Both the position numbers and the translations under genes were made by a program. DNA of 64,000 bases, taken from the NCBI GenBank assembly GCA_030141605.1, contig JAQGDQ010000888.1:19554-83553 (forward strand). The letters are read 5' to 3'. Source of the stretch: Tubiluchus corallicola. Taxonomy: Eukaryota > Animalia > Priapulida. Under the pieces are notes generated by a model. The model ran no database searches and had not been told where the DNA came from. It saw only the letters and a program-made list of their open reading frames with translations. Each line of letters starts with the position of its first letter. The stretch's first letter is position 1. Below, piece by piece: positions 1 to 12,874 of the stretch.

Positions 1-389
1 GAAAGGAGTCTTCAAATTGTTCATATTTTTCTAACATATAATGAGTGAGTTTATATCATTATGCATCCTTGCAAAGTTGCAAAATTGAAGAAGTTGACAT
101 TGCCATTCTTGTATCAGATAAACACTTTGTACTGAACCAGTCAAAGTACAGCTTTGGTTAGAACATGTCATAGAAGCAGGTAATTACCACACACCAGGTG
201 ATGAGCGTGTTGATAGTTTTAATCAAACTGTCGGAGGTTGTTGCAGTAAAAACTCGAGAAAAAAAGTGACTTATGATTCATTCGCAAAGTTCATAAAATG
301 TTTGGTTGTGTACTTTTCTGGGCTCAGTCGTATCCTGCTTGAAACGGTCCTGTAATGTCCAGTAGAAATTGTTTCCATATTTCTATTCC

Positions 390-915
390 CTGATGCATGA
401 TCACTGGTTTCCGTTCCTTGACCTCTGCATGATCACTGGTTTCCGTTCCCTGACCTCTGCATGATCACTGGTTTCTGTTCCCTGACCTCTGCATGATCAC
501 TGGTTTCTGTTCCCTGACCTCTGCATGATCACTGGTTTCTGTTCCCTGACCTCTGCATGATCACTGCTTTCCATTTCCTGACCTCTGCATGATCACTGGT
601 TTCCTTTCCTTGACCTCTGCATGATCAATGGTTTCCGTTCCCTGACCTCTGCATGATCACTGCTTTCCATTTCCTGACCTCTGCATGATCACTGGTTTCC
701 GTTGCTTGACCTCTGCATGATCACTGCTTTCCATTTCCTGACCTCTGCATGATCACTGCTTTCCATTTCCTGACCTCTGCATGATCACTGCTTTCCATTT
801 CCTGACCTCTGCATGATCACTGGTTTCCATTTCCTGACCTCTGCATGATCACTGGTTTCCGTTGCTTGACCTCTGCATGATCACTGGTTTCTGTTCCCTG
901 ACCTCATGATCACTG
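390..915. repeat. 32-bp minisatellite, ~16 copies
   Basis: unit CTGACCTCTGCATGATCACTGGTTTCCGTTCC. Confidence 0.95.
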
Positions 916-1053
916 ATAGGCTAAATTCAAGAAAATGCTACCTCACCATAAAGACCTTTGAATTAAACTAGGTTTTGTTCAGCAATTGCTGCAATGATGC
1001 CAAGCATTTCTAAGCATTTTGAAACAGTAAACACAAACAGTCCATGATAATTA

Positions 1054-1977
1054 AGAAAACATTATTGTTACATCAATAGTTCTTCAGTTGATAAGAATGA
1101 AAACATTATTGTTACATCAATAGTTCTTCAGTTTATAAGAAAGAAAACATTATTGTTACATCAATAGTTCTTCCGTTGATAAGAATGAAAACATTATTGT
1201 TACATCAATAGTTCTTCAGTTGATAAGAAAGAAAACATTATTGTTACATCAATAGTTCTTCCGTTGATAAGAATGAAAACATTATTGTTACATCAATAGT
1301 TCTTCAGTTGATAAGAAAGAAAACATTATTGTTACATCAATAGTTCTTCCGTTGATAAGAATGAAAACATTATTGTTACATCAATAGTTCTTCAGTTGAT
1401 AAGAAAGAAAACATTATTGTTACATCAATAGTTCTTCAGTTGATAAGAAAGAAAACATTATTGTTACATCAATAGTTCTTCAGTTGATAAGAAAGAAAAC
1501 ATTATTGTTACATCAATAGTTCTTCCGTTGATAAGAATGAAAACATTATTGTTACATCAATAGTTCTTCCGTTGATAAGAAAGAAAACGTTATTGTTACA
1601 TCAATAGTTCTTCCGTTGATAAGAAAGAAAACGTTATTGTTACATCAATAGTTCTTCCATTGATAAGAAAGAAAACATTATTGTTACATCAATAGTTCTT
1701 CCGTTGATAAGAAAGAAAACGTTATTGTTACATCAATAGTTCTTCAGTTGATAAGAGAGAAAACATTATTGTTACATCAATAGTTCTTCAGTTGATAAGA
1801 AAGAAAACATTATTGTTACATCAATAGTTCTTCCGTTGATAAGAAAGAAAACGTTATTGTTACATCAATAGTTCTTCAGTTGATAAGAGAGAAAACATTA
1901 TTGTTACATCAATAGTTCTTCCGTTGATAAGAATGAAAACATTATTGTTACATCAATAGTTCTTCAGTTTATAAGAG
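1054..1977. repeat. 44-bp minisatellite, ~21 copies
   Basis: unit GAAAACATTATTGTTACATCAATAGTTCTTCAGTTGATAAGAAT/A. Confidence 0.95.
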
Positions 1978-2197
1978 AATTCAATATACTTGTTTATGCT
2001 TGCTGTCAACTGAAACAAAATCAAATCAATACCTGATCCGTGTAACAAAACGATTTGAATTGAGTCTTTCTCCTACAGACGACGTAGAAACATTTATATT
2101 TTTCTTTCGGCGCATTTAAACTTCCCGGAATATGCAGTAGAATGTTAAGTTTCTTCATCACGCTGTACCACAACAGGGAGATGCACACAGAGCATTA

Positions 2198-2329
2198 TCA
2201 GCTACTGCCCTTCAGTCCAAATATGGGCAATGATCTCATATATTCATCGAGTTTACTTTTAAACAGTTCACTTGAGATGGGCTCTCCGGACTTACACATG
2301 GGATTCTTTATAACATACTGCACATAAAT
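2198..2329 (-). CDS. TRAPPC1: TRAPPC1 coding exon 4 (terminal)
   Basis: [43 protein letters not shown]. Confidence 0.92.
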   Translation of the reverse strand: MYVQYVIKNPMCKSGEPISSELFKSKLDEYMRSLPIFGLKGSS

Positions 2330-4672
2330 CTGCAACAGAAAGATTCTTTATAAAACAGTTCATGTAAATTTGCAACAGCGAGATTCTTTATAAAACAATT
2401 CATGTAAATCTGCAACAGCGGGATTCTTTATAAAACAATTCATGTAAATCTGTAATAGCGGGATTCTTTATAAAACAATTCATGTAAATCTGCAACAGCG
2501 AGATCCCTAAAAAACTTTTCACATAAATCTGCTTAGAAAAAAGTAAAATATCTCGTTCAGTCGGAGCTTTGTGACATCCCTAACAAAAACATCTCAAATG
2601 TAAGTAAAAATGCTGAAACTTCGACAGCTGCTTGTTGTATCAAACTCATTATTTTACCTGACTATATATCTGATGTAGAATCTCTCGCACATTACCAACG
2701 ACATTATTATCCGTGTTTAAGACAAACTTCAAACCGCTGGCCGCTTCGTAGAAGTGCAGCTTGTATTTGCTGGTTGTGTAACATAGAAATCCATCTTTAC
2801 TAGATCACAAAGTTAAAGCAAAACAGGATGATTTTTCATATGCAGTAGGCGCCGTTTAATAGACTCACGGTTAATAGACTCAACTGCTTAATTGACTCAA
2901 AAACGCCTAGCATGGGCCGCTTCTATTCTAATGTACATAAAAACGGTCAAAAATCGGGTCAAAACACTTCAGTCCTAAAGTGAGTCTATTAAGCAGTGCC
3001 TACTGTACTACTCCATTTTAAAGTCCGATAAAAGAATACATTTTAAAACAATTAAAACTGCAAAAGCATTTTTGATAATTAAAAAATAGATTAAAATCTT
3101 AATTAACGGTGGGCGAACCCAAATATTGATGACACCACAAGTGGACATGATTTTCAACAACGAAAACATTCCACGAGCGTGTTGCACGTGTTTGCGAAAG
3201 CAAAAATTGAAGTACAGCATGACTGTCGGCTAAAAATACTCCTCTAATGGTTCAGTGGCTCATCAGTCGGCATAACCCGGATTAAGAATCAGATCCTGGC
3301 TTTGCCACAACCATCCATTGAATGACAGATTTCAGCTTAAAGGATTCCAAAACACACACAAAAATATGTAAGCAAAGAACTTTCGTATTCGGGACTTTAA
3401 ACCAGGGGTGTGCAAATTGCGGCCCGCAAAGAGATTTGTCAGCCTAATGAAAGTGCGGCCCGGGAAGAGATTTGTCAACCTAATGAAACTGCGGCCCGGG
3501 AAGAGATTTGTCAACCTAATGAAAGTGCGACCCGGGAAGAGATTTGTCAACCTAATGAAAGTGCGACCCGGGAAGAGATTTGTCAACCTAATGAAAGTGC
3601 GACCCGGGGAAGAGATTTGTCAACCTAATGAAAGTGCGACCCGGGAAGAGATTTGTCAACCTAATGAAAGTGCGACCCGGGAAGAGATTTGTCAACCTAA
3701 TGAAAGTGCGGCCCGCGAAGAGATTTGTCAACCTAATGAAAGTGCAAACCGGGCGATTAATTGAGTGTATCCAGCTGAAGTCCGTGCCACGATCCCAAAG
3801 ATAGTGCGGGTAGTTTTTTCTACTAGATCGGATGCCATTAACCCTTACAAGACGGTTGTCGCTTAATGTCACTGTACTACACAGACTGTGTGTTACGCAT
3901 TACTAATATGCATTGTAATGAAATTACCACTATCTGTCCTGAAAGTAGAAATATATGGTTTGTAATATCAATTTTAATAACTTCTAAAATAGTTTCTTGA
4001 GTGTAGTAGTAATGATGTACGCAGGTCGGATGCAAAAAATCGTTATTAGGCCCTTCTGTACTTGGCTCAATGATCAAACTGCCTGTGGCCCGCAGGAATT
4101 GCGGGAAAGTTTAAAGTTTAATTTGCACACCCCTGCTTTAAACCCTTCATGTTAATAAAATCACTTATAAATATACAAGAATAAAAGGATACAGGTCTAC
4201 TGGTGATATCCGTGTTATGAAAGACTTGATGGAAAACAGCATTCCGTACATTAATTTGAATTCCTGAAAAACAACAGAATAAGTCGAAGAAGTTATTTTT
4301 ACAATTTGGGGAGCAACATTTTGTCATGGTTTTGTTTAAACTTTAAACCCTTCGCTAGGTTGTTGCTTTTTAACTGGGCTAAATTGACTTTTGGACACAC
4401 CATAAGTTCTTGTGGTGTGTTACTAAAACAGAACCTTGTAAATAAACAAGTAGATGTTTGTTATTGAGTACTAATATGAAATATTAGTTTTATTTCTATA
4501 CACGTACACACATACGAGCACACATACATGCATTCACACGCTATTCTATAATTAGTGAAATTTGGTTAGTAACCTCATCATCGGACATTCCAGAACGCTT
4601 TCTTCTATTCCATTCTCCGTAGTAGAGACAGATGCCATTTCTGTCAAAGATGTAGAAGTTGAAAATAGCCAT
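2198..4672 (-). CDS. TRAPPC1: Trafficking protein particle complex subunit 1 (Bet5), spliced; join(4574..4672,4193..4263,2658..2799,2198..2329), 147 aa
   Basis: Spliced translation [87 protein letters not shown]...[17 protein letters not shown]...[16 protein letters not shown] matches the TRAPPC1/Bet5 longin sequence; all introns GT-AG and phases consistent. Confidence 0.95.
2301..2533. repeat. 40-bp tandem repeat overlapping the TRAPPC1 exon 4 acceptor
   Basis: ~6 copies of GGATTCTTTATAAAACAATTCATGTAAATCTGCAACAGCG; the first copy is the real exon start. Confidence 0.9.
2658..2799 (-). CDS. TRAPPC1: TRAPPC1 coding exon 3
   Basis: [30 protein letters not shown]; donor CAG|GTAAAA. Confidence 0.93.
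2843..3005. mobile_element. Tc1/mariner-like MITE (CAGTAGG termini) inserted in a Kolobok-like element fragment
   Basis: TIRs CAGTAGG..AATAGACTCAC / GTGAGTCTATT..CCTACTG; flanks TG/TA; same termini as 43459-46534. Confidence 0.7.
3403..4135. mobile_element. Non-autonomous hAT element with internal 36-bp tandem array
   Basis: TIR CAGGGGTGTGCAAAT; perfect 8-bp TSD CTTTAAAC; inverted sister copy at 57489-57970. Confidence 0.9.
4193..4263 (-). CDS. TRAPPC1: TRAPPC1 coding exon 2
   Basis: [23 protein letters not shown]; acceptor TTTTCAG, donor GTATCCTTTT. Confidence 0.93.
4574..4672 (-). CDS. TRAPPC1: TRAPPC1 coding exon 1
   Basis: ATG at 4672, [21 protein letters not shown]..., donor GAG|GTTACT. 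Confidence 0.93.
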
Positions 4673-4839
4673 TGCCTAAAACAATTCTTATTTTAAGATT
4701 GCCAGTTAAAGATAGAATAATAAATCACTGGAACAAATTTGATTCAAATGAGTTTTTTTAGTTCGAATTCGACTCTAATAACCTAAAATTCGAATAATTT
4801 AGCATTTCAATTACATAAACCAATTTAAGAACAAAATTT

Positions 4840-5452
4840 GCTGCTTGGAAACCCAAACCGTCCATAAGTCGGCATAGTTAAAACTATGTAACAATGCTTC
4901 AAAGTAAAAAGCATCAAAAATTTGGTCGAACGTCGATTTTTTATGAAAACAAATGCTAAATATATTGGACTTTTATATTCCAGAATCAAATTATCAGGAA
5001 AATGTCCAAAAAATATTAATTATCTAATTTTATAACTCCTTACCTACTTTTCTGTCAAGAAACTAATATTGCAATTTTGCAAAAAAAACTTTTCTAACTC
5101 CGATAGTAGCTCGCCATCTTGCTTCGGGTTTTTTTTGTTGACAAGACCAGATTATCGTCAGGAAAAGCCATATACTGGATTTAAATGTAACTTCAATTTG
5201 ATCTTGCAAAGTCCATAGCAACCACACTTTTGTATGGTTGCTAAGTGTTTTGTAGAGACGCGACAAAAAACAATGGCTAACCTCAGTGCATAACCTGCAC
5301 CTCAACTTCAACATGGATTATGTCAGCTTAGAAATAACGTAGAGTGATGAACTTGGTATGAAAATGATCCTCATGAAATGAAGATTCAGGATATGTGAAT
5401 AAGAAAAGCTTAATAGCCGACTTATGGACGTTTTTGTTATGCAAGCACACAC
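4840..5452. mobile_element. Interspersed non-autonomous DNA element (family F)
   Basis: Homologous to 42290-42963 (same orientation) and 25615-26485 (inverted); imperfect GCTTGCA..TGCAAGC ends. Confidence 0.7.
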
Positions 5453-8082
5453 ATAGGATTAAATACATCAAAGAAGTGAAAGGTATAGATCTGGGTTGGT
5501 GCAATGGTCTGGAGGGTTGCCGGGTCGGAGCAATGGTCTGGAGGGTTGCCGGGTCTGTGCAAGGGTTGCCACATTCAACGTGCATTGTCTATAACCCTTA
5601 GTGCAGGGCTTTTGCACTTAAGGTCCTTCCAAGAAAGCAAATGAAGCATGAAATGTCTTTAAGTTTGAAGAATCATTTGAAAATATAGAAAAGCCTATAA
5701 ATAAGAAATATAGAAAATATAGAATTTTTTCGTTCACTCGCTGCATTTATGATTTAACCCGATTGCTTGCTTTTTTGTTGTTGCATTCATGACTTGTTTA
5801 GTTGTTGTTTAAATATTTAACTGCATTATTTGCTCGCTTCTTTCCATTGGTATAATTATAATATAACTGCTTTGCATTTTGTTTATTTGCTACACTTAAG
5901 ACCTAACCAGGTATTATTCACTTAACCATGTAGTCTGCCGTGCTTTATACTATTCCTAAGTTATATAGGGGTGGCTGACTCCATGACCTCCTGGTCTTTC
6001 GCCATCTCGACATCCGTTACATAATTTGTTGTATTTGCGCTATAAATATTATATTAGAGATAAATAAACCTTTGAATTGAATTGAGTAGAAATAGTTTAT
6101 AGAAAAATAAATTAAAAAGAAATTGGGAAGTATGATAAAAAATAATAATTTTCAAAGACCAGTCTACATTGAAAAATGGCGATTAGATGAAATGAAGGAA
6201 CTTATGGTTATAAGGCTTAATAGGGCTAATGTTAAAGCAAATTTTAAAAACCTATATGAGAATGACCGTTAGATGTTCGTTACGTTACAGAGAAGACGAC
6301 ACTGCAGAGCACAGTTTGAATGTCAAGCAATTTACGTGTGAATAAATGGGTTCTACCAGTACAGGATACAAGCCGCTCAAATATAAAGTAAGAAAAGTCA
6401 CAATGTATGTCAATGCAATATTGCAGTAAAATTGTAAACAAAGACGAGGAAACTGTATGATCTATATAGTATGAATTACAATACAAGTAAAGTTCGTTCC
6501 TGTAATTGATCTTGCAAACAGGCACTTTTTGTTGATGCTTGTTTGGTGAAGAGGATCGAGTGTAACAACTGCATCCACAGATAATAGTGATCTATCATCA
6601 ATAATCGATTTTACTACTGCCATAAGCTCCGAAATAAGGGCCTTTACTTCAGCTTTAAAACAGTTTAGTAACCATGACTTGTTTGCGTTTTTACAACTAT
6701 CGCCACAAATACTTACAATGCTCAAACTAACAAACCATCACAATCTATAGAGTTTAGAACATTTCACGTTTATTGTAGTTATCAATTGCAGCAAATATCA
6801 ATACTTTGATATTAATTATTGACAGTATAATATATTACTGTAAATTTCTCTCACTTAGCAAATCTGGTAATACACGATACCTTTCAAATCAACCACTGAA
6901 ACGGTTGCGATTTCAGAACTATGTAACGACTGCGCCATAAGTTTCGTGACCGTTTCTGCTAAAGCCTGCGACGAGAAGAGCGTGAAAAAACTGTCTTTAT
7001 TGTTGTTATTGTTCTTATTTTACTATAGTTTAGTAAAACATATTAGTTGGAAGAGGGCTACCTGGTTCAAAACCCGGCTTTCTTCTTTAATATCAGAATT
7101 GGTTAGTGCAAGTTCTCTTATAGTGTTGACTTGATGTGTCCTCTTCATGTGCTAATGATTTACAAATTTTCTATATTACATGTTGTTCTTTATGTACATG
7201 AATACATTGGTAGAATAAACCTAATTTATTTTTTAAAAAATGTGTTTTTAAACAAGTTAATTTACTATAATAATTATAATAGCAACAATAATAAAGAAGG
7301 AAGATGTTACATGATATAATGGGTGCAAGGAAATGATAGGCTATGCTTAAAAGTTAACAGATATGAACATCTTATCTTCTAAAGCGTAAATTATTATAAT
7401 ATTATCACTGAATCTGCTTTTTTATTTTAATGCTCCTTATTTTTGAAAATGAAAAATCAACGAAATTCTTGAAGAAATAATTGAATAATGACACTGTTCG
7501 TATCAAACAACCTAGTTAAATTGCACCTGATTTTGACAAACTGCTCGAACTCGTTGGCAAATTGATTTTAATTCGAAGTAGTGTCATGATGGCATATAAA
7601 AAACAGTAGTATGTCAGCCCTGTTTCGAGGCAAAACCAGAACTAACCGGCCAACATATTTAAGTAGTAGAGAATAGAGAGAAGTTAGCCGTGACATTACT
7701 TTCATACTTTTAAATTTAAACTACTGGTCTACTACAGTACGTATTTTTAACAACACCCCTCGATCAATTTGGACCTAGTCCTAGACAATAAGCATTCTTC
7801 CTTCAAAATTAAATGCTATTTCTCGTGGTTTCTGTCCATTCTTTTTGGTTTATTCTGGGCAGTGGTGGAAGGGACAATTACTTCTTGTCCCTGCATATTG
7901 ATCCATTGATTATAAAGCATGAGTAGAAAGTATGAGATTTTCCGTGGGACGACAAAAGAAAAAAATTGCCAAACACACAAGATCATTTCAGTGGAATTGT
8001 GGTTTTGTACTTTTCATCGTTGCTTTAAAAACTTGAATGTTGAAGCGAAGTACTGGTAACCTGATACTGGTTACATGCTTGT

Positions 8083-8720
8083 TTAAAGGAAGACAGGATG
8101 GTTTTTCATATACTACGCCATTTTCAAGTAAGATAAAAAGTATACATTTTAACACTAATAATACTGCAAAAGCATTTCTAATAATTAAGCAACAGATTAA
8201 AATCCTAATTAATGGTAGTCGAGCCCAACTATTGATGACGTCACAAACTAACATAATTTTCAAGAGCAAAATATTCCGCGAGCGTGTTGCACATGGTTGC
8301 AAAAAAGAAAATTCGAGTACAGTGCTACTGTAAGATATTCAGCGTGTTGTACTAAAACTAGGCAAGTTTTGAGAAAAAAGTCGAAATTTCAAATTTACTG
8401 CTGTGCTAAAGCATGAGCTGTCAAACGTCTGTAGTTCGTCAGTAACTAACACACCTGAACTGACAGGTACATCACCTGTTTTTTGTGTAATGGGTTTTCG
8501 AAATGCAGGTGCCAGTGCCCGTCTAACTAGTGAATAGCGAAATGCATGTAACAGCGAAGAATTAGTGACGTGAACGTCAAACTGTGTTTGAGTGGAAATA
8601 ATTCTTTCATGTAAGTTATTGTGTTTTCTTATGTATATTTATGTAAATAGTATGTTTTCTTTCAATAATTTAAAAAGTCGATTATTTTGACCTACGGTTT
8701 AAGATTGTGTGCGATTTTCC
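8083..8720 (+). mobile_element. Abundant interspersed element, Kolobok-like terminus (family A)
   Basis: Begins TTAA|AGGAAGACAGGATG; further copies or fragments at ~3007-3220, 13930-14220, 17640-18128(-), 24305-24600, 54905-55125, 55370-55893(-), 58500-58960(-). Confidence 0.7.
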
Positions 8721-9789
8721 TTCAGCAAGTGGAAACTTATGCAACTGACCTCCAGACTCTTTAAACTAAAAATTTGTGAACATCTGAGTGTTTCGTCTAG
8801 AACTGGTAGGAAATTATAAAATTCTCTTCAGTTTAGCATTAGTGACTGTATTTGTGCTTCTGGCCATAAAACTGATTTCCATCATTTCAGCAATGTGACC
8901 AGAGCTACAAATAACTGAGGCTTATTAATAAATGAAAGTTTGTCTATCTACCCTAATAGCCTTCTCTTAATGTGCAACGTAGTTCAATTCAATTAACTTT
9001 ATTTCCAAACGCTTAGTTATCTATTACCGTATCTATTTCTTTTCTACGAGTCTGTTTATTCATTACTTTGGCTTCTTTGTAAATACATAATTATTGCATA
9101 ATTTTTTATAACGTATAGGTTCTGTCTATATAAACTGATTGTTGTTTGTATAGTGCACCACTGATGATGACAGTTCATTGCTGTTGAAACGTTAAACAGT
9201 TGTAAATTAAAGTTTTTTTTAATAAAAGTTGTGCTATTTTAATGATAAATGCTTTGAAGTGTCTGGATAAATTGGTTTATTCAATTAAATTTCTAAATTA
9301 TTATAGTGAGTTTATTTTTTCTCTTCTAACAACCACCATGTCATAGACACGTGGGTTATAAAAATAGTTCATTATACTCTAATAAATGGTAACACCTCAA
9401 TAATAGGTGGAATGAGACTTGATAATGATCAAAGTAGACTGCCCAGTAAATAAAGCAAGTAGCGCCGCAACTATTTGCAGTGTGTTAAGGAATAACAGTC
9501 GTTTTGAGACTAGCGCCTTAGCTTAATTGCGTATTTCATGTTTTACTTCTAGATATTAATATAAACTTGATTGAACTGTAATCAAAAATGAAACATCCTA
9601 CAATCACCGGAAGAATTATGCGGATAATTATATAAATTGTGGAAGTTTGGCACAAATTATCACGTTGGTGTTGATCATAATGGTGTTTTTATCACTTTTC
9701 TATCTTTTTCTTAATTTTTACGTTTTCTTGCCAATTTGACTTCGCACTGTAGTAATTACAAGTTAGCTACAAATATTAGAACAGAACAT

Positions 9790-10280
9790 ATATATATATA
9801 TATATATAATCTTTATTTGCAATTAAAATACATTGATAATCAGTTAATCACCGATAAAAACTTTACAGAGATGATCAATCAGTGTTAGTTAATAAAAACT
9901 TACACTGCTAAAGGCAAAGGCGTCAGTGCAATCTAAACTACTTTGCAGTAATGGAAAGTAACGATTACTAAAATCAAACATAATTGCAACTTGCACAGAA
10001 AATGAAAAAACTATGATTTAATTAATATGGCCGTGGATATATGAATTCTGAATTGGTGTGTATGTTGTCGTACTGGTGTGATGGTATTTCATATCTGGTT
10101 AATATTAGTGATTTTAATTTTGTTTTAAATGCTGATAGGGACTAGATTTGTTTAACCTGTAATGGTAGAGAATTCCAAAGTAGAATTGCTTGTTTGAGTT
10201 CATATTTTCCCGTACTTCGAAACGGGATAGGATATAAAGAAAAAAATCACACATTTGCTTGGTGTATTCACCTTGTTTTA
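9790..10280 (-). mobile_element. 3' fragment of a CR1/L2-group LINE
   Basis: Minus-strand remnant ...ILLWNSLPLQVKQI*SLSAFKTKLKSL, AATAAAG plus (TA)n tail; the tail recurs in opposite orientation at ~21990-22140. Confidence 0.6.
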
Positions 10281-12599
10281 TTTATTAGTAAAAAATAAAC
10301 AAACATAATGAGGATTTATATCTCGTAATTATAACAAAAACTTAATTTTATTAGAAAACGCAACTTTGTTCTCGTGTTCAACGTTTTGTACCCGTCCGCT
10401 GAAGTAGAAAATAATCCCTACTAAGTACGTTAATTTAGTTCAAAACATTTCAAATCATTAATTATTAGGAAACTGACATTTTAACTTTTGCTTATTTTTG
10501 ACAAAAAACACAAGAAAATTAAATTACAGTACCTCTAAGCGAATTTAACGAATTTAAAGCCAATTTACTTGTTGCGCACGAACATTCCAACTCGTGTGAA
10601 AATATCTAACACTTTGCATTATATAAAGGGGTGGGTCGCAAAATTTCAGATAGATAGCACATTCATAATTATAATCAATTGCAAAGGTCAGTTTATGCAT
10701 CTGATACTAATTACACAGACTCAACTTTCACCTACCCTCGCCCCTGACTCCATAAAACGATTAAGACTGTAAATTTTTTAAAAAATTATGTGATGTAATA
10801 CGTGTTATGTTAGTTTTGTAATGTCAAATGCATAAATAGTGTAAATGTAATGAGTGAAATTTATGTAATGTAAAGCATGTTTCTGTTAATTGTGTCATGT
10901 CAAATGTATATATAGTTTAGAATATGTCATGTAAAATTTAATGTACTTTTGTAATATTATTTTGTCAAAAAAATTTAATATGGTGTTTGTAAATATGTTC
11001 ATTTATTGCATATAATTAGGCTTTAGTTTTGCACTTTAGTTTTTTTTAGTATGTACTGGATGCATTTGTCTTGAACAGTGTTGTTATTTCAACACTACGC
11101 TGAGGCTTACTCAATTTTATTATAATGAGTGAACCATTTTAATGACAAATAAAGAATTAATAATAAATAATAATAAAGGTGACATAACACCACTCGCAAA
11201 AGATATGAAAAATCGTCTTGTTATTCTTTTACTTTCATAGTTGCGCATAAACTAGTTACGACTAAGATGCGATGAATAGATAAATAATGTTAAGTGCCAA
11301 GCTCGTACTTAAGAGGCAGAAGTTGTCGCTAGTAATTCAGGTTTCACGTTAAAGCTAACACACCACAGGTAGTTGTTGCCGCAGCTGTTATAAGAAAGCG
11401 GTCGCTCGCGTAGCATGCACTTTTTACCGTACTTCAGAATTACTATAGCTCAAAACAATCTAACGTATAACGTTTTTTGCAAACCCCTTGTCTGTGACAT
11501 GGTGGTTATTACAAAATAATAAAATCCATTTTCTTTCTATGTTTTAGTTGGTAAAGGGTTTACACTTTGGAATATATCACACAAATATAAGTTTTTATAA
11601 TTTTCATGAATCAAATATATAGTCAAAAATGTGTAGTCTAGTTTTATTTGTAAAAATTTATTCTACAAAATTATAAAATGAAATATAACAACCTGAAAAT
11701 AACACACCATTTTGTGTATAATTTGTATTATAAATCATGGAAGTAAACATTAATTATTGTGTAGCTGCTGCTGATGATAATTATGCTGTTTGCACTTGTT
11801 CTAATAATTGTTAATTACGTAGATGGTTCTTAACAATAGCAACGAGAGGACTTACTGTTGAGGAACAGCATTGAATTTCAAAATGGTGACGTCACAAAAT
11901 TACAAGCCATCTAAAAAAGCCAGTTAGCAGCAGCCGCGTTGAGGTATAAAGTGTGTAGTCATTTAATTATTACGCTAATTTTTTGTGTTTGTTAAATATT
12001 TGTTATTATAATTCACCTGTCATGCGTCTGGAGGGGGGTAGTGCGGAATAAGTAAAATCGGTTTATATTGTTTTTATTCACCCGTTTGTGCAGCCTGCGT
12101 ATGTGTTATTCTCTTTATTGAATGAACAATTTAACGAGAAAGTTTGCAAAATGACAAAAATAAGATTCTTAAAAGAGCGGAAGTTTGAATTGCGAAATTA
12201 TCTATCAGAGTTAGGACCAAATGAGTGTAAATAAATTTTAAATATGAGACTAAAGAAAGTTGAAGCTGTCATAATAATTATAAAGATAATCTTAGCTGTG
12301 TGTAACGAATAGCAAGAAATGACAAAACACTTATTTCTATAAAAAACAGCATAATTTTATAGCGGTTTCTAGATATTAAGACCTGTATTGAAGCGTCAAA
12401 AAGTGCGTATCGAATCGTTAGGTCACGTATCAGAATAATGAAAAGCAATAACACAATGACAGCTGTCAACAAGAAAACGTGACTAAAAAGTAAAAGATGA
12501 AACTTCCTAAAGAACAACCTTTGAACGAAGGCAAAGACTGTCAATGTGATATAGAATGGAAACTTAAATTCTCTTGCGTACCATTACAGTGTGTAGGGT

Positions 12600-12874
12600 A
12601 TGTTCGTCGGACGTACCGACGTTGGAGGTAACAACCTCAAAGCACTTCTAAGCGTCTTGCTGAGCTCGATAATACTGTAGTATTGGCGCGGCCAGTGGAG
12701 GCCACGCGAAAATTGGTGCGCCTCTACTTGTGAAGATACTTCAAGATAAGAAGAAGGTTATGAAAATGGCGTATCACTAATTTGTATAGTTCTGAAACAA
12801 ATGTCTATAAGTCTAACTTGAGAGTCCTGTGAGCAGTAAAAGGCAGAACGAAAACAGCGTCTTAATTTAGAAAC
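12600..12874 (+). promoter_or_regulatory. Candidate PAK promoter / non-coding first exon
   Basis: Locally CpG-rich unique sequence ending in a donor AAAC|GTGAGT (12875); PAK coding exon 1 has an upstream acceptor, so a 5' UTR exon is required. Assignment is inference. Confidence 0.35.

Larger units (their letters stand above)
2800..4192 (-). other. U12-type (minor spliceosome) GT-AG intron in TRAPPC1
   Basis: 5' end GTATCCTTTT matches the U12 donor consensus; GCTTTAAC branch-like motif about 13 nt from the AG with no strong pyrimidine tract. Confidence 0.8.

Noticed and set aside
390-1977. Regular arrays resembling CRISPR
   Set aside because: Head-to-tail units with no unique spacers, no cas genes, eukaryotic context
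2032-2115. Minus-strand ATG ORF MRRKKNINVS... ending at a GT donor just past the TRAPPC1 stop
   Set aside because: No downstream exon could be joined in frame and no recognisable homology; more likely 3' UTR
3332-3872. Several overlapping repetitive ORFs
   Set aside because: Come from the 36-bp array within the hAT element
6280-6900. Short minus-strand ORFs possibly from a LINE ORF1 or an extra gene
   Set aside because: No diagnostic motif and no consistent splice pattern; cannot be supported
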